Made by a program: the position numbers and the translations under genes
Shown: one piece after another, positions 36,265 to 46,386 of the stretch
How the letters are laid out: each line of letters starts with the position of its first letter
Numbering within the stretch: the first letter of the stretch is position 1
Source of the DNA: an uncultured Acidobacteriota bacterium
Lineage (GTDB): Bacteria; Actinomycetota; Acidimicrobiia; Spongiisociales; ZC4RG35
Length of the DNA: 64,000 bases
Direction of reading: 5' to 3'
Assembly: GCA_963828465.1 (NCBI GenBank)
Contig: CAWHEU010000013.1
Span: forward strand, 52,889 to 116,888
Notes under the pieces: generated by a model
The model's input: the letters and a program-made list of their open reading frames with translations, nothing else
Told to the model about the DNA's origin: nothing
Databases searched by the model: none

Positions 36265-37467
36265 ATAGCCGAGTCACCCGTCCGAGCACGGCCCTTCCGC
36301 CCGGCCGTCGCCACACTTCTCTTCCTGAAGCTGGTGGCCAACATCGGCTTCCGCTTCGTCTATCCCTTCTTGCCTGCCATCGCCCGAGGGCTGGGAATCG
36401 ACCTGACGCAGGCTGGTGCGCTCGTATCGGTCCGCTGGGCCGGTGCCCTGACCACGCCCGCCTTCATGTCGTTTTCCGGAACACGAGGGCGAAGCCGTCG
36501 TCTTCTCGTCGCAGGACTGGCACTGTTCTCAATCGGCTCGATCGTCACCGCATGGACCGGGGTGTATGTCGGGGCGGTGATCGGCTTCGCCCTGGTCGGC
36601 CTGGCCAAACCGATGATCGACGTCAGCTCCCAGGTCTATGTGTCCGAACGGGTGGCCTACGGGGAGCGTGCTCGGTACCTCGGGATCCTGGAGATCGCAT
36701 GGGCCGGCGGGCTGCTGATCGGCGCCCCGCTCGCCGGATGGCTGATCGAGAACTGGAGTTGGAAGGCCCCGTTCTGGGTGGTTGGCTCCGTCGGGCTCCT
36801 CGGCATCGGGCTGGCCTTGTACTTCCTGGACCGGAGAGACGACTCCGTGGCCGGCGTGATGGCGGCGGACAGCCCCGGTCGTCAGGTGGCGCTGGTCCTG
36901 GTGACGGTGGCTCTGTTCGGTTTCACCCATGAGTCGCTACTGGTCGTGCTTGGCGGGTGGCTCGAAGGCAGCTTCGAGTTGAGTCTCATCGCACTCGGCG
37001 GCGTCGGCACGCTCATCGGGGTTTCCGAGCTGGCCGGCGAGGTATCGATGGCCGCCTTCACCGATCGCATCGGGAAACGGAACTCACTGGCCCTCGGGCT
37101 GGGCGTCGCCGCCGTCGCCCTCTTGGTGCTCTCGGCGGTCTCCGATCAGCTACTGGCGGCGATGGCGGTCCTTATCGTCGTCAGTGTCGCCATCGAGTTC
37201 GGGATCATCTCGGCCATCCCCTTGACCACAGAGCTACGGCCGCGAGCCCGGGCGCGCCTCCTCTCGCTTCTCATCGTCGCCAGCGGGCTGGGGCGGATCG
37301 TCGGGGACCTCGTCGCCCCACGTGTGTTCGCAGCCGGCGGTATGCAGTCGGTCACGTTGATGGCGGCCATAGTGGCGCTGGCCGCATTGATCGTGGTTCT
37401 CACTGGCGTGCGAGAGGTCACGGCCGGCTCCGGGGATCAAGAGGATCCGGCGGCGATCACCTCGTAG
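36265..37467 (+). CDS. MFS transporter; start uncertain (in-frame ATA 36265 or GTG 36334)
   Basis: RFVYPFLPAIARGLG, ERARYLG, GAPLAG, DRIGKR; the frame upstream of 36334 encodes a TM1-like segment. Confidence 0.82.
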   Translation: MAESPVRARPFRPAVATLLFLKLVANIGFRFVYPFLPAIARGLGIDLTQAGALVSVRWAGALTTPAFMSFSGTRGRSRRLLVAGLALFSIGSIVTAWTGVYVGAVIGFALVGLAKPMIDVSSQVYVSERVAYGERARYLGILEIAWAGGLLIGAPLAGWLIENWSWKAPFWVVGSVGLLGIGLALYFLDRRDDSVAGVMAADSPGRQVALVLVTVALFGFTHESLLVVLGGWLEGSFELSLIALGGVGTLIGVSELAGEVSMAAFTDRIGKRNSLALGLGVAAVALLVLSAVSDQLLAAMAVLIVVSVAIEFGIISAIPLTTELRPRARARLLSLLIVASGLGRIVGDLVAPRVFAAGGMQSVTLMAAIVALAALIVVLTGVREVTAGSGDQEDPAAITS

Positions 37468-38585
37468 CGCCGGATCGTGGATTCGAGATAGGCCATGGCA
37501 GCGTCGAACCCCTCCCGGGCCTGATTTGTCGTGTAGGACAGCACCCTGGTCAGCCAGAGGCGAAAGGCCAGCGACTCCCATGCCACGTCGCCGAGAGCGA
37601 AGCCCTCCATCAGAAAACCGTGCGCCATGTGCCAACGGTCGGCGTCCATCAGCTCGAATCTCGGCCGGGTCGGATGGTCGAGGAGGAGATCGGACAGATC
37701 CAGGGGCAGGCTCTCGGCGAGATGGATCTCGTCGGCGCTCCAGTCCGCGTCGAGCAGACGGACCGTGCCTTCCACGTCATACGCCGTGATCTGTTTCAGA
37801 TCCTCCGGGACCGGGGCGGGCGGGTCGGTGGCATGTCTGGCGCCAGGCGCTGGGCCCGGTCGGCCCGACAGTGATGCAGCCGCATCCAGGCACTCGATCA
37901 GCATCTCTCGCAACTCGTCGAGCGACCCATAGAGGGCGTGTCGCTTCCCGTCGGCAACGTGATGCTCATAGAAGCCGATGTCCATCACCGAGGTGGCATA
38001 GGTCAAAACCGTGTCTATTCCCCAGTCGGAGCGACTTCGCACCAGATCGGAGGAGGCCAGGGTCTCAACCGCCGGCCGGGTGAGCAGGACTTCACCGCCG
38101 AGCGGCTGGTCGAGCCTCGGAAGGAAGGTCCCCGGGAATAGACGGGCCAGGGCGGGTCTGGTGATCATCCAGGTGATCATTGCGTCGGTCGCGGCTCGGG
38201 GGAACCGGTGCCTCACCACGCCAAAGCCGCGGTCGGCCGCCGCCTCGGCCCCGTCGATCCATGACGCGTCGAAGTTGGTGATGTCGGCGTCGTAGAAATG
38301 GACCCGATCCCGGCCCTGTCCCGCGGCGAGGGCCAAGGCAGTGTTCATCGCGTCGCCTTTGCCCGACCGGTAGGTGCCCAGCCGCTCCTGAATGATCACC
38401 TCGACTGGCTTGGCATGGGCGCCGGACACGTCCTTCGCCATGTCTCGCACTGCCGCCTCCGCCCCGCTTTCCTCTGAAGCCACCGCCCATACCTCGTTGA
38501 TGGCGGGGTGAGCTGCTGCAGTGGCGAGATTGGAGACGACCAGCGACGGCTCCTCCGACTTGAAGGGGAACACCGCCAGGCTCAC
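37437..38585 (-). CDS. mgs: Mannosylglycerate synthase (GT78, single-step)
   Basis: MSL.VFPFK, AAAHP, QERLGT.R.GKGD.MNTAL, HFYDADIT, FPRA.TDAMITWMITR, QPLGGE, RSDWGIDT, GK.H.LYG.LD, as I recall them from Rhodothermus marinus Mgs. Confidence 0.88.
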   Translation of the reverse strand: MSLAVFPFKSEEPSLVVSNLATAAAHPAINEVWAVASEESGAEAAVRDMAKDVSGAHAKPVEVIIQERLGTYRSGKGDAMNTALALAAGQGRDRVHFYDADITNFDASWIDGAEAAADRGFGVVRHRFPRAATDAMITWMITRPALARLFPGTFLPRLDQPLGGEVLLTRPAVETLASSDLVRSRSDWGIDTVLTYATSVMDIGFYEHHVADGKRHALYGSLDELREMLIECLDAAASLSGRPGPAPGARHATDPPAPVPEDLKQITAYDVEGTVRLLDADWSADEIHLAESLPLDLSDLLLDHPTRPRFELMDADRWHMAHGFLMEGFALGDVAWESLAFRLWLTRVLSYTTNQAREGFDAAMAYLESTIRRYEVIAAGSS

Positions 38586-38640
38586 CCGGCGAGCCTAGGT
38601 GGCCCTCGATCTGTCCCTCCCCGGGTCTACGCTCGGCCAG

Positions 38641-40314
38641 ATGGAGGAGATGGTCGGTCGCGTGCTGGGGACTGTCGACGCCACGCCACTCGAATTCTGG
38701 GTAGGAGTAGCCGAGGGCGAATACCTGGAGCTGGACGATGTCGTCGCTCTCGAGCGCGTCCTTCCGACAGGCGAGCTGGTCAAGATCTTCGGGACCATCA
38801 GCCAGGTGCGGGCCCGCCACGAGGGGGCCCGATTCGATTCCGACGTCTTCCTCATCGAGGACGGGGTCCTGCCGGCCGAGGTCATGGAAGCGGCACAAGT
38901 CACTGCGACGCGGGTCGAGCCCGAGATCTTCGTCCCACCCCGTCCCGGACAGCCGGTCCGCAGGGCCCATGGCAAGGAGCGCGACCAGGCCTTGTTCTTC
39001 GACCGGATGGATCGCAGGTTCCCGGTCGGCGCTTCGCGAAGCGGGGAGCCCCTCTACGCCAACTTCGAGTTCATCAACGGACAGCGCGGCGCCCACGTCA
39101 ACATCTCCGGGGTCTCGGGTGTCGCCACGAAGACCAGCTACGCCACGTTTCTCCTCCACGCGCTGTTCACGTCCGGCGTGCTCGGGGCGGCCGTGGTCAA
39201 CACCCGGGCGCTCATCTTCAACGTGAAGGGCGAGGACCTCCTTCATCTCGACCGGCGCAACACCAGCCTCGACGAGGACGCCGAGCGTCTCTATCGAGCG
39301 CTGGAACTACCGGCCCAGCCGTTCGGCTCGGTCGGTCTGTTCGCCCCGCCGCGGCCCGGGTCCGATCGGGCGGTGGCCGATGTGAGCAGCCGCTCCGACC
39401 TGACGTCGTTCTTCTGGACGCTGGCCGAGTTCTGCCACGAGGATTTGATGGTCTTTCTCTTCGCCGACGCAGAGGATGAGCGTGCGCAGTACACGATGGT
39501 GGTCTACAACGTCATGGCTCAGCTCCGTCATGCCGAAGCTGCGGACGGAGGCTCGGTCCGCATCGAAGGGGACACAGTGCGGACTTTCCGGGACCTGGTC
39601 GACCTGGTGACCCGGAAGGTCCAGGAAGAGGAAACCCGGAACGATTGGGCCGGTCCCCACATCGGGGCCGGGACGGTCAACGCCTTCGTGCGAAGGCTCC
39701 AGGGAGCCGTCCGTCATGTCGAACGGCTGATACGGGGAGATATCGCCAACCCGGACCGGCACCGAATCGACGTTCAGGGCCACCAGGTCACGGTGGTGGA
39801 CCTGCACAATCTCAATGATCGGGCGAAACGGTTCGTCGTCGGTGTGGCGGTGCGTCGGGCTCTCGAAGACAAGGAGAAGGCGGGCCAATCCGACGAGTTG
39901 CTGTTCCTGGTCCTCGACGAGTTGAACAAATATGCCCCGAGAGAGGGGGCCAGCCCGATAAAGGAAGTGCTTCTCGACGTGGCCGAGCGGGGGCGCTCAC
40001 TGGGCGTGATCCTGATTGGCGCCCAACAGACCGCATCGGAGGTGGAGAGGCGGATCATCGCCAACTCCTCGATTCGGGTGGTGGGCAGGCTCGACTCGGC
40101 CGAGGCATCCCGGGAGGAGTACGGCTTTCTCCCGGCCGCACAGAGACAGCGCGCCACCATCCTCAAACCGGGGACGATGCTCCTGGCGCAGCCGGAGATC
40201 CCGGTCCCACTCGTCCTCGAGTTCCCGTTCCCGGCCTGGGCTACCCGCGCTTCCGAGGCAGGCAGGGAACCTGGCGAGATCGACGGCCCGGCCGACCCCT
40301 TCGAAGACCTCTAG
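38641..40314 (+). CDS. herA: HerA-family ATPase/helicase
   Basis: HAS-barrel-like N-terminus, HVNISGVSGVATKTS, FNVKGED, LDELNKYAP, AERGRSLG, AQQ; TACGCT 7 nt before ATG. Confidence 0.88.
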   Translation: MEEMVGRVLGTVDATPLEFWVGVAEGEYLELDDVVALERVLPTGELVKIFGTISQVRARHEGARFDSDVFLIEDGVLPAEVMEAAQVTATRVEPEIFVPPRPGQPVRRAHGKERDQALFFDRMDRRFPVGASRSGEPLYANFEFINGQRGAHVNISGVSGVATKTSYATFLLHALFTSGVLGAAVVNTRALIFNVKGEDLLHLDRRNTSLDEDAERLYRALELPAQPFGSVGLFAPPRPGSDRAVADVSSRSDLTSFFWTLAEFCHEDLMVFLFADAEDERAQYTMVVYNVMAQLRHAEAADGGSVRIEGDTVRTFRDLVDLVTRKVQEEETRNDWAGPHIGAGTVNAFVRRLQGAVRHVERLIRGDIANPDRHRIDVQGHQVTVVDLHNLNDRAKRFVVGVAVRRALEDKEKAGQSDELLFLVLDELNKYAPREGASPIKEVLLDVAERGRSLGVILIGAQQTASEVERRIIANSSIRVVGRLDSAEASREEYGFLPAAQRQRATILKPGTMLLAQPEIPVPLVLEFPFPAWATRASEAGREPGEIDGPADPFEDL

Positions 40315-40387
40315 ACCACTTGGAGCCTCCCAGGAACTGTCCCTGCCCCGACCTACGATCGGGAGCGATGACCTGCTCGGTCCCACC

Positions 40388-41518
40388 ATGAGATTGCTCC
40401 ACACCTCGGATTGGCATGTGGGGAGGAAGATTCGTGGTCGCTCCAGGGCCGACGAGCACCGGGCGGTCCTGTCCGAGATCGTGGAAATTGCCCGGGACCG
40501 GCGTGTCGACATCACTCTGGTCGCCGGCGACCTCTTCGATATCTCCTCACCCTCACCCGAGGACGAATCGATCATCTATCGGGCACTGCTCGACCTCGCC
40601 GAGGTCGGTCCGGTCCTGGTGGTGGGTGGCAACCACGACAGCGCTGCCCGGCTGGAAGCGGTGAAACCGCTCCTCGACCTGGGTCGAATCACGGTCGTCG
40701 CCCGCCCAACGCGGCCTATCGACGGCGGGGTGGTGGTCATCGAGGCGCTCGGCCTCAAGGTGGCTTGCCTCCCATTCGTCTCTCAGCGCGGCATCATCAA
40801 GGCGGCGGAGATCATGGATCTCGACCCCGATCAACACGCCCAGGGATACGAAGAGCGGTTGAGACGGATCATCAGCGGTCTGACCGAGAAGATGGGCACA
40901 GACACGGTCAATGTGCTCACCGGACATCTCACCGTGTACGGGGCAGAAAGTGGCGGCGGCGAGCGTGAGGCGCACATCTTTGGCTACGCCATCCCCCCGC
41001 AGGCCTTCCCGGGAAGCCTCTCGTATGTCGCGCTGGGCCACCTCCACCGTCAGCAGAGGATTCCCGCCTCCGCCCCGGTCTGGTACAGCGGCTCACCGAT
41101 GCAGCTCGACTTCGGGGAGGTCAGCGACAAAAAGGGTGTCCTCGTCGTGGAGGCCGAGCCGGGTAAGCCGGCGTCTGTCGATACGGTCGTGGTCGAGAGC
41201 GGGACCGGGCTCGTCCAGATACGGGGCACTCTGGAGCAGGTCCTCAGCCGGGCTGCGGAGGTAGAAGGGTCCTACGTGAAGGTCCTTCTGGACGAGCAAG
41301 CCAGAGCCGGCCTCAACGAGGAAGTCAGAGATGCGATCACGGGGGCGGTCGACGTGATCATCGCCCAACCGGAGGACAGAGCGCCCCGGGAACGGATCGA
41401 GCGGGTGGGCAGGTCTCCGGCGGCACTGCTGGAGGCATATCTCACCTCGAAGGGGGTCGACGATCCTGCCGTAGTGGAGCTGTTCCGGGAGCTCGAGGAG
41501 GAGGTTCTCTCCAGGTGA
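40388..41518 (+). CDS. sbcD: SbcD/Mre11 nuclease
   Basis: LHTSDWH, AGDLFD, GNHD, YVALGHLH, YSGSP...DFGE. Confidence 0.95.
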   Translation: MRLLHTSDWHVGRKIRGRSRADEHRAVLSEIVEIARDRRVDITLVAGDLFDISSPSPEDESIIYRALLDLAEVGPVLVVGGNHDSAARLEAVKPLLDLGRITVVARPTRPIDGGVVVIEALGLKVACLPFVSQRGIIKAAEIMDLDPDQHAQGYEERLRRIISGLTEKMGTDTVNVLTGHLTVYGAESGGGEREAHIFGYAIPPQAFPGSLSYVALGHLHRQQRIPASAPVWYSGSPMQLDFGEVSDKKGVLVVEAEPGKPASVDTVVVESGTGLVQIRGTLEQVLSRAAEVEGSYVKVLLDEQARAGLNEEVRDAITGAVDVIIAQPEDRAPRERIERVGRSPAALLEAYLTSKGVDDPAVVELFRELEEEVLSR

Positions 41519-43845
41519 GACCGCAGCGCCTGGTCATGGAGGGATTCCTCGCCTACCGGCGCAAGACCGAGATCGACTTCACCGATGCAGACCTCTTCGT
41601 GCTTTCGGGCCCGACGGGATCGGGGAAGTCGAGCGTCATCGACGGCATGACGTTCGCCCTCTACGGGTCGATTCCCCGGGTCGGCAAGGGCTCGGTGGCG
41701 CCCCTCATCTCGGCTCAGGCGGACATCTGCCGCGTGGAGTTCAGGTTCTCGGTCGGTGAAGAGACCTATACCGCTGTCCGTCTCGTGGAGCGCCAGGGTT
41801 CCAGGGCGACCACCACAGAGGCGCGCCTGCTCCGCGGTGAATCTCTCGAGGTGCTGGCGGGCACAGCACCGGAGGTAACCGACGCCGTCACCGATCTGCT
41901 CGGTCTGCGTTACGAGCATTTCATCAAGGCGGTGGTCCTGCCCCAGGGTGCCTTTGCCGACTTCCTGACCGACCAGCCCAGCGATCGTCAGGACCTTCTC
42001 AATGCCCTGCTCGACATGGGCCTATACGAGCAGGTGATGCAACTGGCCAACCAGCGGGCCAAGCTGGCAGAGGGCAGGGCGAAGTCGGTCGGTGACAGCC
42101 TGGCCAAGCTCGAAGTCGCCACCGTGGAGCAGATCGAGGAAGCACGGCAACGCTTGGGCGACCTGGCACAGGCCAGAGTGGAGCTGCCTGCCCGTCTCGA
42201 GGAAATGGGCCGGCTCGAAGCCCTGTTGGGCGAGGCACGATCCAGCCACGCTGCAGCGGTCGATGGTCTCAAGCAGCTCCAGGCAATCGAAGTTCCCGAT
42301 GACCTGGAGACCCTCGACACCGACATGGCGGCCGCCGCCAAAGACCTCGAATCGGTCGAGAAGGAATTTGCGGTGGCCGTCGAGCTGGGCAAAAAGATCG
42401 ACGAAGCCTTATCAGGGCAGCCCAAGCTGGCCGACCTCGAATCGGCTCGGGCCGACCGACTCCGGCTTCGTGATCTCACGGTCAGGAGGTCGGAGCTCCC
42501 ACTCGAATCTCTCACCTCGGCTTTGAGCCAGATCACCGCCGACCGCGATGAGAAGCGCCACTCACTCGAGGCGCTCCGGGTCGCACACGCCGCTCATGAC
42601 CTGCGTCGCGGTCTCGCCATTGGTGACACCTGCCCGGTGTGCCATTCCGTGGTCGCCACGATCACGGACGAGGCCGACGGGCCGGACACATCGCTCGATC
42701 AGCTCGCCACCGAGTTGCGAGAGTTGGAAGAGCGGGCCGATCGCTCCCGGGACGGCCTGAAGGAAGCCGAGGGACAGGCCAAGCAGATCGATCGGCAGCT
42801 CGAGGAAGTGGAAGAGCGCCTCAAAGGACAGCCGGGCCTCGACGCCCTCGATGAGGCCATCACCACTGTCCGGGAGTTGGTCGAATCGAGGGAGGCCGCC
42901 GAGAAAGCGGTGAGCGGGGCTCGACTCGCCGTCGAGCAGGCACGTATCGCAGTAGGCGACCTCGGCGAACGCGGCTCGAGTCTGCGCGACGCGCTCCTTG
43001 CCGTCAGGGACCGGATCGCGGCCGAGAAGCCGCCACTGCCCGCTGACGACGCCATCGATGCCTGGCGGCGGTTCGACATATGGCTGAGGGAGAAAACTGC
43101 ATCTCGCGTGGAGGAATTGGCTGATCTGGAGAAGGCCGTCGAGACGGCAGCCGAAGGCTTGGCGAAGGTGCAGGAGGAGCAGCGTTCCTGGCTCGAACTA
43201 CTCGGAATCTCCTCGACAGAGTCGCCCGACCGGGACCTGGCGCTGGCGGAGGAGCGACGGCGAGCCGAAATCGATGAGATGGAGAAAACGATCACCCATG
43301 CCAGGGAGCTGAACGAAGAATTGGGTGTCGAGATGGGCCACGCTCGCGTCGCTTCATCACTCGGGAACCATCTCAAGGCCAACAACTTCGAAGCGTGGCT
43401 CCTCGAGGAAGCGATGGACGTGCTCATCGATGGGGCCAACCGTCTTCTCGACGAGCTATCGGGCGGCAGCTATTCGCTCAGGGTCAGGAAGAGTCAGTTC
43501 GAAGTCGTCGACCATCGCAATGCCCGGCTCACCCGAACCACACGCACGCTCTCCGGTGGGGAGACATTTCTCGTTGCCCTCTCCCTCGCCCTGACGATGG
43601 CCGAGCAGTTGGCGGAGCTGACCGGGATGTCCTCCCGGTTGGAATCGGTGTTCCTCGACGAGGGATTCGGCTCGCTCGACCAGGAATCTCTCGACGTGGT
43701 TGCCTCGGTGCTCGACGAGCTGGCCGGTCGGGGCCGCACCGTGGGCATCGTCACCCACGTGCGTGAGCTCGCCGAGCGGATGCCCGTCCGCTTCGAGGTC
43801 ACCAAGGGCCCAGAGACATCGTCGATCGTGAGGGTGGGGGAATGA
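41515..43845 (+). CDS. sbcC: SbcC/Rad50 SMC-like ATPase
   Basis: GPTGSGKS, LPQGAF, zinc hook CPVC, LSGGE, FLDEGFGSLD, IVTHV. Confidence 0.95.
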   Translation: MRPQRLVMEGFLAYRRKTEIDFTDADLFVLSGPTGSGKSSVIDGMTFALYGSIPRVGKGSVAPLISAQADICRVEFRFSVGEETYTAVRLVERQGSRATTTEARLLRGESLEVLAGTAPEVTDAVTDLLGLRYEHFIKAVVLPQGAFADFLTDQPSDRQDLLNALLDMGLYEQVMQLANQRAKLAEGRAKSVGDSLAKLEVATVEQIEEARQRLGDLAQARVELPARLEEMGRLEALLGEARSSHAAAVDGLKQLQAIEVPDDLETLDTDMAAAAKDLESVEKEFAVAVELGKKIDEALSGQPKLADLESARADRLRLRDLTVRRSELPLESLTSALSQITADRDEKRHSLEALRVAHAAHDLRRGLAIGDTCPVCHSVVATITDEADGPDTSLDQLATELRELEERADRSRDGLKEAEGQAKQIDRQLEEVEERLKGQPGLDALDEAITTVRELVESREAAEKAVSGARLAVEQARIAVGDLGERGSSLRDALLAVRDRIAAEKPPLPADDAIDAWRRFDIWLREKTASRVEELADLEKAVETAAEGLAKVQEEQRSWLELLGISSTESPDRDLALAEERRRAEIDEMEKTITHARELNEELGVEMGHARVASSLGNHLKANNFEAWLLEEAMDVLIDGANRLLDELSGGSYSLRVRKSQFEVVDHRNARLTRTTRTLSGGETFLVALSLALTMAEQLAELTGMSSRLESVFLDEGFGSLDQESLDVVASVLDELAGRGRTVGIVTHVRELAERMPVRFEVTKGPETSSIVRVGE

Positions 43846-44747
43846 GGTTCACGGTCGAGGCGTGGGACCCCGACTATGGGGCGCCATCGGAGGCGGATCT
43901 CGTCGACGCTACGGAGAACGTCGATCCCTCCGTCGAGCTGCCCCCTGAGCAATGGCGCCCGATGCCACCGGAAGGCGACCCGGCGCCGGACATCCTCTTC
44001 GTCGACGGTGTGCGCCGGGTCGATGCGAACCTCTGGATCGACCGTGACGGCCGGTTCCCGGGTTTCGGCCTGGCCGCCACCTTCGCCGCCGGGGCGGTTC
44101 GCTGCAACAGCACTGCCCGGGTGGTGGCGGCGGAGGTGCGCCGCGGAGTCTTCACCGGCGCCGATGCGGAGTCTGTGGAGACAGCGGTGGGAACCTACGA
44201 GATCATGAGTACGAAGGGATCGACCCCCGAGGAGCTCTGGCTCGGGATCCAGGAGCGGATGGGTGATCTCGAGGGCGTGGTCGCCGAAGCACATGCCGAC
44301 GTTGCTCTCGTAGTAGTCGATGGCCCGCTCTCTCACCGCCGGCACGTCGAAGGGGCGGTCGGCTATGTGAAGACCCAGCACGTCCAATACCTGCCCGAAG
44401 AGCTGAGAGGCACCCTGGGGAGCCTGCCAGTCGGATGCCGCACACCGCTCTTCCTGACCACGACCTCGTGGAGCAGGTTCTCTTGGTATTTGAGACTGGC
44501 CAACGGGACCGGGCCTGCCGGAGGGCTGGTTCGATGTGAGGTCAAGGCCGACATGACCGTGGCCGAGGCCGCCCGTCGAGCCAACATGGTGAGTGCCTCC
44601 CTGCCTCGTTACGCGTCGGCCCGGCACAAGGACCCTCGTGCCCCACAGAACCTCTATCCGATCGGTGGCCTGGAACGCGAGCTTCGCCGGAGACTCGGCG
44701 ATCGCGATCTTGCGATGAGGGCACTGAGGCGGGCGGCGGCCGCCTGA
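43842..44747 (+). CDS. nurA: NurA-family nuclease
   Basis: FVDGVRR, VVDGPL, GYVKT, HKDPRAPQNLYPIGGLE; ATGA overlap with sbcC. Confidence 0.8.
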   Translation: MRFTVEAWDPDYGAPSEADLVDATENVDPSVELPPEQWRPMPPEGDPAPDILFVDGVRRVDANLWIDRDGRFPGFGLAATFAAGAVRCNSTARVVAAEVRRGVFTGADAESVETAVGTYEIMSTKGSTPEELWLGIQERMGDLEGVVAEAHADVALVVVDGPLSHRRHVEGAVGYVKTQHVQYLPEELRGTLGSLPVGCRTPLFLTTTSWSRFSWYLRLANGTGPAGGLVRCEVKADMTVAEAARRANMVSASLPRYASARHKDPRAPQNLYPIGGLERELRRRLGDRDLAMRALRRAAAA

Positions 44748-44750
44748 CGG

Positions 44751-45707
44751 TCAGGCCGCGTCGTCGTCCTCGACATCGGGCACAGCCACTGCCATGGCTG
44801 CCGCCGGCGTCTCGCGTCTCGAAGCGAGGAACGCACCGGCGATGACGAGCACCGATCCGACGATGGCAACAGGCGCCACGATCTCATCCCGGAACACCAC
44901 GCCGAGGACCAGCGCCACGACCGGGATCAAGTAGGTGATGAAGCTGGCCCGGGTGGGCCCGACACTCCCCGCCAGGCCCCCCATGATTATGTAAGCGAGT
45001 CCCGTGCCGAGGAGGCCAAGGGCCATAAGAGCCGCCAGTGATCCCCAGTCGAAGGTCGACCGGACGAGGCCATAGAGCCCGTATGGCGCGACGAGAACGG
45101 CGGCCACCCAGAGCATGCGCGCCATGACCGGGATCGAGCCATAGGTCTGTTGGAGAGGTGTCACGATGTTGGTGGCGAATCCGTAACAGATCGTTGCCAC
45201 CAGCACGAGGCCCACGCCAAGGGCAGCCGTGGTTCCCGACTCTGCCGAGGGGAGGGCAATGGCCACGATGCCGATAAAGCCCACGATGAGGCCGGCGATC
45301 TGCAGGCGTCCGGGGAGCTGTCGAAGCAGGACCGAAGCGATGATGGCGGTGAAGATCGGCACCGCGCCATTGAGCATCCCGGCCACCGCCGAGTCGATCC
45401 ACTGCTGGGCGATCGGGAAGAGGGTCAGCGGTATCGCCACCCAAACCACCGCCAGCACCGCCACCCGTGGGCGGTCTTCGCGCCGGATCGGAGTCGATCT
45501 GGCCCGGGGCAGCATCGCCATGAAGAGAGCGCCAAACCCAACCCTCATCCAGGTCACGAGACCCGGGTGGAAGGCCTCGAGACCGACCTCGATGAAGAGA
45601 AACGACGCGCCCCAGATGAGACCGATCGATACGAAACGGGCCCAGTCGCGGCTGGTGAACGCCTCACGATTGGTGCCGTGGGATGTGGAAAGCAGACGGT
45701 TGGTCAT
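44751..45707 (-). CDS. EamA/DMT transporter
   Basis: IWGASFLFI, SAVAGMLN..VPIF, GTGLAY, TYLIPVVA..LG. Confidence 0.92.
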   Translation of the reverse strand: MTNRLLSTSHGTNREAFTSRDWARFVSIGLIWGASFLFIEVGLEAFHPGLVTWMRVGFGALFMAMLPRARSTPIRREDRPRVAVLAVVWVAIPLTLFPIAQQWIDSAVAGMLNGAVPIFTAIIASVLLRQLPGRLQIAGLIVGFIGIVAIALPSAESGTTAALGVGLVLVATICYGFATNIVTPLQQTYGSIPVMARMLWVAAVLVAPYGLYGLVRSTFDWGSLAALMALGLLGTGLAYIIMGGLAGSVGPTRASFITYLIPVVALVLGVVFRDEIVAPVAIVGSVLVIAGAFLASRRETPAAAMAVAVPDVEDDDAA

Positions 45708-45747
45708 ATCTCTAGAACACCGGTTTCCCTACCGCGGTTGCGCCCAA

Positions 45748-46386
45748 TCAAGAACGTCGGTAGGTGGTCAGATAGTCCGGGACTTCGAGATTTGGCTCCA
45801 GGTCAGGCGAAGGCTCCGGATCGCCATATGTCGTGGTCATCGGGACCACACCCGCCCACACCCCGGTGCCGAGGTCGGCGATGTCGTCCTCGGGTGGCCC
45901 CGCGGACACCTTGGCCGAAACCGTATCGAGTGGTACGGACACCACGGTGGTCTTGCGCAACTCCATGTCCGTGGGAGGTCTGATGTCGGCGAGTCGGCCC
46001 GGGATCAGACCCTCCACCATCAGGTCGAGGGCTCGTGTGTGGGCGTCGCCCGAGAGGACGGTGCCGAGTCCGTGGATGACGACCGATCGGTAATTGACCG
46101 AGGACTCGAACCCGCTCCGGGCCACCACCAGCCCGTCGACGAGCGTCACAGCGACGCTGAGGGGCGATCCCCGGCGCGCCGCGGCGGCGATCCCGGACGC
46201 GGTCGACCCATGGAGCAGACAGCTGTCTCCGTCGCGCACATAGAGCGTCGGTATGACCACGGGCCGGCCGTCGATGAGGTAGGCGACATGACAGACGAAG
46301 CCCTCGTCCAGGATGGCGTCGATGACCGCTCGGTCTTCCACAGACTTCTCGGGCAGGCGGCGGATCGTGGCCGGTGTCCTTGCCAT
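45748..46386 (-). CDS. Pyridoxamine 5'-phosphate oxidase-like (NimA-type) flavin-binding protein
   Basis: ILDEGFVCHVA, PVVIPT, LLHGS, DGLVVARS.F.SS.NYRSVV, WAGVVP. Confidence 0.9.
   Translation of the reverse strand: MARTPATIRRLPEKSVEDRAVIDAILDEGFVCHVAYLIDGRPVVIPTLYVRDGDSCLLHGSTASGIAAAARRGSPLSVAVTLVDGLVVARSGFESSVNYRSVVIHGLGTVLSGDAHTRALDLMVEGLIPGRLADIRPPTDMELRKTTVVSVPLDTVSAKVSAGPPEDDIADLGTGVWAGVVPMTTTYGDPEPSPDLEPNLEVPDYLTTYRRS

Noticed and set aside
38641-40314. HerA as an anti-phage system (Sir2-HerA type)
   Set aside because: Its partners are SbcD, SbcC and NurA, a DNA-repair context, and no defence effector is adjacent.
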